Shown here piece by piece: positions 38,640 through 45,877 of a stretch of DNA of 64,000 bases (the first letter of the stretch is position 1; each line of letters begins with the position of its first letter). The translations under genes were made by a program, and so were the position numbers. Under the pieces are notes generated by a model. That model searched no databases and was not told where the DNA came from. It saw only the letters and a list, made by a program, of their open reading frames with translations. The stretch is taken from sequence record NC_023719.1; one strand, written 5' to 3'.

Positions 38640-38666
38640 AAAATCTAATGGGAATTAGGTGGTAGT

Positions 38667-38861
38667 ATGCTAATTGTAATGAACGTAGTTTTTGTTATAT
38701 GTTGTTTAGCATTTTTATTTGGTAGTATTGGTTATGTAGTTTCTTGTTTTAATGAAAAGTTAGATAAATACCATGGTATTTTAAGTTTAACAGCTTTAGT
38801 TGGTATGTTAAGTACGTTTTTCTTTGGTTTTCTTATTTTTGTAATTTATGGAGTAGTTTAA
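38667..38861 (+). CDS. Small membrane protein
   Basis: Two TM helices; AGGTGG RBS. Confidence 0.7.
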   Translation: MLIVMNVVFVICCLAFLFGSIGYVVSCFNEKLDKYHGILSLTALVGMLSTFFFGFLIFVIYGVV

Positions 38862-38920
38862 AAAAGTTTTAACTAGTTGTTATATTTCCAATGATTTTGT
38901 ATATAATAGATATACCTTAT

Positions 38921-38996
38921 TCACCAGTAGCTCAGCGGTAGTAGCACCTGACTGTTAATCAGGGGGTCGTAGGTTCGAATCCTACCTGGTGAGCCA
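38921..38996 (+). tRNA. tRNA-Asn(GUU)
   Basis: U1-A72 acceptor, loop CTGTTAA, GCCA end. Confidence 0.93.
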
Positions 38997-39002
38997 TATT
39001 AA

Positions 39003-39077
39003 TGCCGGATAGCCAAGTGGTAAGGCAATGGACTTTGACTCCATGATACAGAGGTTCGAATCCTTTTCCGGCAGCCA
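39003..39077 (+). tRNA. tRNA-Gln(UUG)
   Basis: Loop CTTTGAC, GCCA end. Confidence 0.92.
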
Positions 39078-39088
39078 AATAGTAATAC

Positions 39089-39228
39089 TGCCAAGAAGCA
39101 TGTCCTGGTGTAATCGCAGAAACGCGAATCATGCACACTATGAAAATAGTGGTTATCTAAGGCTAATGAGTATAAAAGTCGACGTATACTTTCTTAGATA
39201 CGAAGGTTCGATTCCTTCCTCGGCAACC
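39089..39228 (+). ncRNA. Oversized tRNA-like RNA (about 140 nt)
   Basis: Acceptor TGCCAAG / CTCGGCA and canonical T-arm GAAGG-TTCGATT-CCTTC, but expanded D-loop and giant variable arm. Confidence 0.7.
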
Positions 39229-39233
39229 GTTAT

Positions 39234-39308
39234 GGTGGTTGTAGCTCAATTGGTTAGAGCGCTAGATTGTGGATCTAGAGGTTGTGGGTTCGATCCCCAT
39301 CATCCACC
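39234..39308 (+). tRNA. tRNA-His(GUG), CCA incomplete
   Basis: G-1 and C73; loop TTGTGGA. Confidence 0.9.
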
Positions 39309-39319
39309 CTTATAGATTT

Positions 39320-39394
39320 GGGGTGTTGGCGAAGTGATAACGCATCCGACTTTCTATCGGACATTCGCGGGTTTGAATCCCGTACACCCTTCCA
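39320..39394 (+). tRNA. Atypical tRNA with UUC (Glu) anticodon
   Basis: Cloverleaf; loop CTTTCTA; T-loop TTTGAAT; CCA encoded. Confidence 0.7.
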
Positions 39395-39527
39395 GTAATG
39401 ATTAGCCAAGCAGGCGGTTTAAGTTATCGCAACTTAACAAAATGCCAAGATGAATGTTATCCCGGCAGCTTATGAGAGATTGTTGGGAATAGCTTCTCTT
39501 GATTTTAAATTTAAAGGAGGAATTAAT

Positions 39528-39809
39528 ATTAGTAGTAAGTTCATGACTGAACTAATGTTAAAGAAACCAAGAAATAACGCAAAGAAAGAAAAAGTTGAAG
39601 AAAAGAGTTCAACGATTGTTTTCTTAGAAGAACTTAGGGAAAAAGTTATTCAAAGTGACTTAAAGGAACAATTTGAAGAAGAAATGAAGCATTATCGCGA
39701 GAGTTACGATTTAGTAGAATTGCAGAAGATAGTTGTTAAGTATTCTGATATATTTGGTTTAGAAAGACCAAAGCAGATTGAACAGATGATTTCTAAATAT
39801 TTAGATTAA
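39528..39809 (+). CDS. Hypothetical protein, probable ATT start
   Basis: AAAGGAGG 7 nt before in-frame ATT; alternative ATG at 39543. Confidence 0.65.
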   Translation: MSSKFMTELMLKKPRNNAKKEKVEEKSSTIVFLEELREKVIQSDLKEQFEEEMKHYRESYDLVELQKIVVKYSDIFGLERPKQIEQMISKYLD

Positions 39810-39853
39810 GAATTAAAAATTTAAGGGCAGAAAGGTTTTATTTATAATATTAT

Positions 39854-39930
39854 AGCTGGCGGGAGGTAGGCATCTCGGGGAGTTTCATGAACTCTCATTA
39901 ATTCGGTTCGAATCCGGAGCCCAGCAACCA
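39854..39930 (+). tRNA. Atypical tRNA with CAU anticodon
   Basis: Loop TTCATGA, T-arm TTCGG-TTCGAAT-CCGGA, ACCA end; bulged acceptor and short D-loop. Confidence 0.65.
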
Positions 39931-39931
39931 T

Positions 39932-40003
39932 GGTTCATTGGTCAAGTGGTAAAGACACCTTCCCTTACGGAAGGTAACATAGGTTCGACTCCTATATGGG
40001 CCG
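39932..40003 (+). tRNA. Glu/Asp-like tRNA body with aberrant anticodon loop (identity unresolved)
   Basis: Acceptor, D and T arms canonical; anticodon arm CCTTC-CCTTACG-GAAGG; CCA not encoded. Confidence 0.6.
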
Positions 40004-40059
40004 CCTAATATGTTGCAGAGATTAAGCTAATTGTAGCGCTGCAGCATTATTCTTAACGA

Positions 40060-40368
40060 GGGATTGTTAAGGATTCGACAGGGGAAAATAGTATAAGACA
40101 TGATACTCGTAAAGCATACGTTACATGCTAAGTTAAATATAACTAACAACGAATTACAAGTAGCCTAGTTAATAGGTGCCAAAACAATAGAGTTGCTCTA
40201 ACATCTATTTGAGGTTCAAAGATTTGAGCTATTTCTTACTTTAGAATAAAGTAAGTGGTGGAGCCTAGAGAAAACGCTGTAGAAACTAACTATTCAAATT
40301 GTAAATGGTATCAAACAAGTGTCTATATGAAAGTCTTCTGGACGCGGGTTCGACTCCCGCCAGTTCCA
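40060..40368 (+). ncRNA. ssrA: tmRNA; predicted tag (A)NNELQVA*
   Basis: 5' GGGATTGTTAAGGATTCGACAGGG; G3-U70; TAAATATAACT resume context; 3' GGACGCGGGTTCGACTCCCGCCAGTTCCA. Confidence 0.92.
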
Positions 40369-40559
40369 TATTTAGTTTTAAGAGGTTAGGCAACCATTTA
40401 TGACTCTGTTGAAATTACTTTTAACAGTAGGTTGTATATAAAAATGCCCATCTTGGTGAGATGCCAAGCTCTATTCAAAAGGAGATGAACAATATGTGGG
40501 AAACTCTTTTAGATATTATAGATGAAGTTAGAGATATTACTGGTCTATAGTTAATACAT

Positions 40560-40631
40560 GCGGGTGTGGTATAACGGCTATTATTTCTGCCTTCCAAGCA
40601 GACGATACGGGTTCGATTCCCGTTACTCGCT
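40560..40631 (+). tRNA. tRNA-Gly(UCC), CCA not encoded
   Basis: Loop CTTCCAA, U73. Confidence 0.9.
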
Positions 40632-40766
40632 CTTATTTGGGGATTTTAGATCCTGTACATTTTGTACGAAAAATGCAAGTTCAGATTTACAGAGGCTTAA
40701 GGTCTCGTACACTAGATGTACAAAAATGATCGATTAAAGACTGCGATTTATTCTCAGTCTTTCTAT

Positions 40767-40846
40767 TTAACAAATTATTGAAGCGGTAGTAACAGATACT
40801 TCTTGCTGATGAAAAAACTGTTACAGTTAATCTCAATAGTTTTTAA
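40767..40846 (+). ncRNA. Y-RNA-like module Y7 (minimal, detached copy)
   Basis: TGAAGCGG-TAGT-AACAGATACTTC, 15-nt loop, CTGTTAC..ATCTCA. Confidence 0.78.
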
Positions 40847-41232
40847 CATATAATTTGCAAATAGTAGTATGGTATAGTAAAATGGGTCAAGTGTGTTGAT
40901 TCCCTTATTATTGCTATATTATTTGATTACATTAATAAAGCTGATATTAGTTAGTTACTTAGTGAAGCCACTGGTGAATCTAAGGGTTAGGGGAGATTAA
41001 TTGAATCAGCTTTTAATATGCCAAGTAGAGCTCTTTTAAGGGTGATAGTTCAAAGGACTGTATCGAAAGATTATGAGTGAAAATCTCATTACTTGGCTCC
41101 TCCAATGATATAGTGTGTTAAAGAGGTATCTAATTAGATATCTCTTTTTTATTTGTTTTTAAAAAATTGTTTATGTAGTTAAAGAATGATGATATAATTA
41201 AATTATAAAGAATAATATAAAGAGGTGATAGA

Positions 41233-41640
41233 ATGATTAATACTATTGAGGAGATTAAAGATAAACATGGAGAATCTGTAGATTGGATAGAAATAAGTAA
41301 GAATGAAAAATTGTCTGAAAATTTTATGAGAACATTTAAGAATGAATTAGATTGGAATTATCTTGGTTATAGTCAAAAAATGTCTGAAGATTTTATAAGA
41401 GAATTTCAGGATAAGGTAAACTGGTATTATGTTAGTTCATATCAAAAATTATCTGAAAGTTTTATAGTAGAGTTTAAAGATAAGGTAGAATGGAGTTATA
41501 TTAGTTATTATCAATTGCTATCTAGGGATTTTATAATTGAATTTTCAAATAAATTACAATATAAATATTTAGTGAAAAATTACAATTTATCTAAAGAATT
41601 GCAAGATGAAGTTAAAGTATTATTCGAACTTTTAAAATAA
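41233..41640 (+). CDS. 23-aa tryptophan-repeat protein
   Basis: Four repeats plus ELQDEV tail. Confidence 0.85.
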   Translation: MINTIEEIKDKHGESVDWIEISKNEKLSENFMRTFKNELDWNYLGYSQKMSEDFIREFQDKVNWYYVSSYQKLSESFIVEFKDKVEWSYISYYQLLSRDFIIEFSNKLQYKYLVKNYNLSKELQDEVKVLFELLK

Positions 41641-41683
41641 ATTTGTTAAAGAAACGATGACTATGGTTTATAATATATTATAG

Positions 41684-41953
41684 ATTAATTCATTCATAAG
41701 ACGACAACATGAAATATTGAATCGAGTAGGTGGACTACAAGCGATATATAGATGGATTGAAACCCCAGTCATGATTTCGAAAATACTAGTAAAGTAGAAA
41801 TTAAGTGATCTATATATTGTGCGGATAGTGGCTTAAAGTAATTTAAGTTTGTAGTTAAGGGAGAGCTTGGCCGGCTCGAAGGATCGGGGTACAAAATAAG
41901 ATGGGTAATCGTTAACTTTCGACTCGATGTGTAGATTAAATATTTCAATTAAT
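41684..41953 (+). ncRNA. About 270-nt structured RNA of unknown family
   Basis: Own promoter, no ORF, nested long-range helices, possible pseudoknot. Confidence 0.7.
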
Positions 41954-42000
41954 GTTAAAAAAGCTCGACTAATTTGATATAATAAATTTATTAATGAAAA

Positions 42001-42080
42001 GGACCGTTGCGCCGAGATGGTCGAAGGCACCCAGCTCATAACTGGGAAAATCACCGGGGGTTCGACTCCCTCACGGTCCA
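42001..42080 (+). tRNA. tRNA with CAU anticodon (Ile2 or Met), CCA not encoded
   Basis: Loop CTCATAA; GGACC acceptor resembles Bacillus tRNA-Ile2; slightly long variable region. Confidence 0.8.
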
Positions 42081-42248
42081 TAGCTCCATGGTTTGCTTGG
42101 GTCCATTAATCCCTCGAAAGCGTGTTTTACTAAAGAGATTCTTTAATAGAATCTCTTTTTTTAATACATGTATTTAAAAAACAGTTTACAATACATAGTT
42201 TATATGGTATAATGAATATATATAAATAAAAACATAAGGTGTGATAGT

Positions 42249-42656
42249 ATGATTAATACAATGGAAGATGTTATAAGAGAATATGGTGAAAGCTTTAATT
42301 GGGTAAGAGTCAGCAGTGACATACATTTATCAGATGATTTTATTAGAGAATTCCATGAAAATCTTCATTGGACAATAATGGGTAGATTTCTACGGCTTTC
42401 AGAAGATATTATGAGAGAATTCGAATCTAAGGTACCTTTCCAAGTAATTTCAGAACACCAAATGCTGTCTGAAAGTTTTATAAGAGATTATCAAGATAAA
42501 CTGTATTGGATGGATATAAGTCGTTATCAAGGGTTTTCAAGAGATTTTGCTGTTGAGCTTATAAGTAAAATAAATATTGAACGTTTTGAGAAAAATAGTA
42601 AAATTAGTGATGAATTAAAAGAAGAAATGAAATTACTCAAAACTTTGGTAGGATGA
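42249..42656 (+). CDS. 23-aa tryptophan-repeat protein
   Basis: Four repeats plus ELKEEM tail. Confidence 0.85.
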   Translation: MINTMEDVIREYGESFNWVRVSSDIHLSDDFIREFHENLHWTIMGRFLRLSEDIMREFESKVPFQVISEHQMLSESFIRDYQDKLYWMDISRYQGFSRDFAVELISKINIERFEKNSKISDELKEEMKLLKTLVG

Positions 42657-42660
42657 TAAA

Positions 42661-43482
42661 ATGAAAATAAATACATTAGTAGAAATTAGAGAGGTCCATG
42701 GTAATTTAAACTGGCAAGAGATTAGCAAACTAACAAATTTGTCTGATGATTTTATGAGAGAACATCGACACCTTTTAGATTGGTATATTGTTTTAAAATT
42801 TCAAAAAATTCCCGAATATCTTATAAGAGAATTTAAAGATGTCTTAAATTGGTATATTGTTAGTTATTCTCAAAATCTTTCTGAGGATTTCATAAGAGAG
42901 TTTGAAGATAGATTGGATTGGCGAGAAATATCTAGTCGACAGAAGTTATCTGAAGATATTATTAGAGAATTTCAACAAAGAGTTGATTGGAGTCATATCA
43001 GTTCAAGTCAAGATTTATCTGAAAGTTTTATTGAAGAATTTAAAGATAAAGTGAGTTGGAGTCTTATTTCAAGAGATCAAACTTTATCAATTCCTTTTAT
43101 AAGAAAACATGAAGATGAAGTAAATTGGCATTATATTAGTAGTCATCAAAAATTACCTGAACATATTATTAGGGAATTCAAGTATCAAGTAGATTGGAGT
43201 ATGGTTAGTAAATATCAAAAGCTTTCTGAAGACTTTATAAGAGAGTTTTATAATAGAGTTGATTGGAATCGTATATGTATGTATCAAGATCTTACTGAGT
43301 CTTTTATAAAGGAATTTGAAGGTGATGTAGATTACCATATGGTATCTAAGTATCAAAAACTCTCCAAAGAATTTATAATAGATAACTTGAAAAAATTAAG
43401 TTTTACAGGTTTAGTTAAAAATAAAAAGTTAGATGAAGAACTAAAAGAAGAATTAAAAGTCTTTTATGAGATGACTAAATAG
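42661..43482 (+). CDS. 23-aa tryptophan-repeat protein (10 repeats)
   Basis: Regular 23-residue period. Confidence 0.88.
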   Translation: MKINTLVEIREVHGNLNWQEISKLTNLSDDFMREHRHLLDWYIVLKFQKIPEYLIREFKDVLNWYIVSYSQNLSEDFIREFEDRLDWREISSRQKLSEDIIREFQQRVDWSHISSSQDLSESFIEEFKDKVSWSLISRDQTLSIPFIRKHEDEVNWHYISSHQKLPEHIIREFKYQVDWSMVSKYQKLSEDFIREFYNRVDWNRICMYQDLTESFIKEFEGDVDYHMVSKYQKLSKEFIIDNLKKLSFTGLVKNKKLDEELKEELKVFYEMTK

Positions 43483-43529
43483 ATAAATTAATAGAAATAA
43501 TTATTATTTAGTGACGGAGATGATTATCT

Positions 43530-44105
43530 GTGTTTAATAATGAAGTTTATTGGTATAATGCCAGTAGAGGTAAAATAACTGAAAATTTTGTACGAGAGCA
43601 TAAAGATCAATTAGATTGGAGAGTTTTAAGTCGCAATAAACATTTAACTGACAATATGATAAGAGAATTCCATGACAGAGTAGATTGGGATCTTTTATGT
43701 TGCGACGCGAAGCTATCTGAGAGTATTATGAGAGAATTCCATGATCAATTAGAGTGGTCAGATATATGTCTTTATCAAGTTTTATCTGAAGATTTTATTA
43801 GAGACTTTAAAGATGTAGTGAAATGGCGATTAGTTTCAAAGTGTCAAGAAATATCAGATAACTTTATAAGAGAATTCCATTATTTGATACATTGGAACGT
43901 GCTTTGCATATATAAAGATGTTTCTGAAAGTATTTTAGAAGAATTTAATTATAAGTTACCTTGGAATATAGTTAGTAGACATCAATGTTTTTCAAAAGAA
44001 TTTGCTATTAAATATATAGATAAGTTAGATGAGAGTTGCGTATTGAATGAAAAGATTTCTCAAGAACTAAAAGATGAAATTTTAATTTATAAGCAACTTG
44101 CGTAA
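43530..44105 (+). CDS. 23-aa tryptophan-repeat protein
   Basis: About seven repeats plus ELKDEI tail. Confidence 0.85.
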   Translation: MFNNEVYWYNASRGKITENFVREHKDQLDWRVLSRNKHLTDNMIREFHDRVDWDLLCCDAKLSESIMREFHDQLEWSDICLYQVLSEDFIRDFKDVVKWRLVSKCQEISDNFIREFHYLIHWNVLCIYKDVSESILEEFNYKLPWNIVSRHQCFSKEFAIKYIDKLDESCVLNEKISQELKDEILIYKQLA

Positions 44106-44178
44106 TTATTTTTAAAAAACAGTTTACATACCTTATAATTAGTGATATAATAAAACTATAGTTAAGGAGGAATGTAAA

Positions 44179-44457
44179 ATGGAAAGAAGTAATGAAATGT
44201 TAAAATCGTTTGTAGTAGATTTAGTTAGACAAGATCATTTATATAAAGAAGAGAATTTAGTAGAGCTTGAAAATGCTATTGATTATGATGAAAAGTTATC
44301 TGGACCACAAAAAGAAACTTTAACAAGAATTTTGAGTGAATCAGCTGCTAGCGAAATGGAGAAAATGAAAAAGAAAGATGGAGCAGTTTTGTTGCTTGAA
44401 ATTGATGTTTTATCAATGTATTCAGATGCGTATGGATTATTTTGTATGAGAGGTTAA
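44179..44457 (+). CDS. Hypothetical protein
   Basis: Early promoter, AAGGAGG RBS. Confidence 0.8.
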   Translation: MERSNEMLKSFVVDLVRQDHLYKEENLVELENAIDYDEKLSGPQKETLTRILSESAASEMEKMKKKDGAVLLLEIDVLSMYSDAYGLFCMRG

Positions 44458-44547
44458 TTCCTCTCTTTTTTCTATTTAGTGTATACATAAATTGAACTAT
44501 TTAATATTATATAATATAAATATAAGGTTAGATGGTGAGATAAAATT

Positions 44548-45060
44548 ATGATAGTAGTTCGCACAATTGAAGATTTATTAGAAGCATCTAATGGAGTAAT
44601 AGATTGGGGAATGATATCTTCAGAACTTACATTATCAGAAGAATTTATTAGTGAATATGCACTTGTATTAGACTGGTGGAGTGTTTGTAGATATCAAAAG
44701 ATTTCTGACGATTTTATTAGCAAACATGTTAATTTTATAGATTGGATTTCTATTTGTAGATATCAAGTTTTATCTGAAGATTTTATTAGGAAGTTTAGAC
44801 ATAGAGTTAATTGGCAGTATATATGTCTTTTTCAAAGACTTTCTGAAAGTTTTATAAGAGAATTTAAAGGTAAAATTGATTGGTATTGTATTTTTGAACG
44901 GCAAGAGTTATCAGAAGAATTTGCAATGGAGTTTATTGAGCATGCAGAATTTAGAGCTATAGATAGTAACCCTTATTTTAGTGACGAGTTTAAAGAAAGA
45001 GTTAAATTATTAAAGATATTGGCAGGTGAATGCGATGGATATGAAGGAAATTACTGGTAA
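44548..45060 (+). CDS. 23-aa tryptophan-repeat protein
   Basis: Five repeats plus EFKERV tail. Confidence 0.85.
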   Translation: MIVVRTIEDLLEASNGVIDWGMISSELTLSEEFISEYALVLDWWSVCRYQKISDDFISKHVNFIDWISICRYQVLSEDFIRKFRHRVNWQYICLFQRLSESFIREFKGKIDWYCIFERQELSEEFAMEFIEHAEFRAIDSNPYFSDEFKERVKLLKILAGECDGYEGNYW

Positions 45061-45790
45061 TAGGGGAATTGATTGGGATCATAAGTGCATGTTTGACGCT
45101 TTATCTGAAGAATTCATGGAAGAGTATCAAAGTGAGTTAAATTGGGAATATGTTAGTATGTATCAAATACTTAGTAGTGATTTTATAAGAAAATTTCATC
45201 ATAAACTTGATTTTAATTATATCGGAGGAAGAAATACTACTTTATCTGAAGATCTTATAAGAGCTTTGCAAGATAAACTTAATTGGCGTTTAGTTAGTTC
45301 TTATCAAGCTTTATCTGAAAGTTTTATAAGAGAATTTAAAGATAAATTGTCTTGGTACGATATAAGTTCTAATATTGAAAATGAATTTTCAGAAGATTTT
45401 ATTAGAGAATTTCAGTATAGACTTTCTATTAAACATATTTGTAGAACTCAAAAATTATCCGAAGATTTTATTAGAGAATTTCACGAAACGGTAAGTTGGG
45501 GTGCTGTTAGTTTATATCAAACTTTATCTGAAGATTTTATAAGAGAATTTAAGCACGATGTTAATTGGAATTACATTTGTGTTAACCAGAAACTTTCAGA
45601 AAATTTTATAAGAGAATTCCGTGATTTAGTTGATTGGAAAAATATTTGTGAATATCAAAAATTATCAAAAGAATTTATAATTGAATTTTTAGATAAAGTT
45701 TATTTCTATCATTTAATAGAAAATAATAGAATAAGTAATGAACTAAAAGAAGAATTCCAAGTAATGAAAGAATTAATGGGATTTAAATAG
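45035..45790 (+). CDS. 23-aa tryptophan-repeat protein
   Basis: About nine repeats plus ELKEEF tail; start moved to ATG 45035. Confidence 0.85.
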   Translation: MDMKEITGNRGIDWDHKCMFDALSEEFMEEYQSELNWEYVSMYQILSSDFIRKFHHKLDFNYIGGRNTTLSEDLIRALQDKLNWRLVSSYQALSESFIREFKDKLSWYDISSNIENEFSEDFIREFQYRLSIKHICRTQKLSEDFIREFHETVSWGAVSLYQTLSEDFIREFKHDVNWNYICVNQKLSENFIREFRDLVDWKNICEYQKLSKEFIIEFLDKVYFYHLIENNRISNELKEEFQVMKELMGFK

Positions 45791-45877
45791 ATACAAATTG
45801 TATCTATTTTTTTATTTACAAACTATACAATGCATGATATAATAAATATATAAGGAAAAAGGAAAGGAATTGAGAAT

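Noticed and set aside
39028-39315. 95-aa ORF in the track
   Set aside because: Overlaps three tRNA or tRNA-like genes and has no RBS
39395-39505. Additional tRNA between the UUC tRNA and the 39528 ORF
   Set aside because: Hairpins are present (TTAAGTT/AACTTAA; GTTATCCCGGCAGC/GATTGTTGGGAATAGC) but there is no T-arm or acceptor stem; too weak to call
41019-41104. Hammerhead ribozyme
   Set aside because: Has GAAA after a stem but no CTGANGA core
41684-41953. RNase P RNA or group I intron
   Set aside because: GGGTAATCG and ACAAAA recall B-type RNase P but the GAGGAAAGTCC core is absent and the order is wrong; no P7 pair or interrupted host gene for an intron
41833-42081. 82-aa minus-strand ORF
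   Set aside because: Antisense to a tRNA and a structured RNA, no RBS
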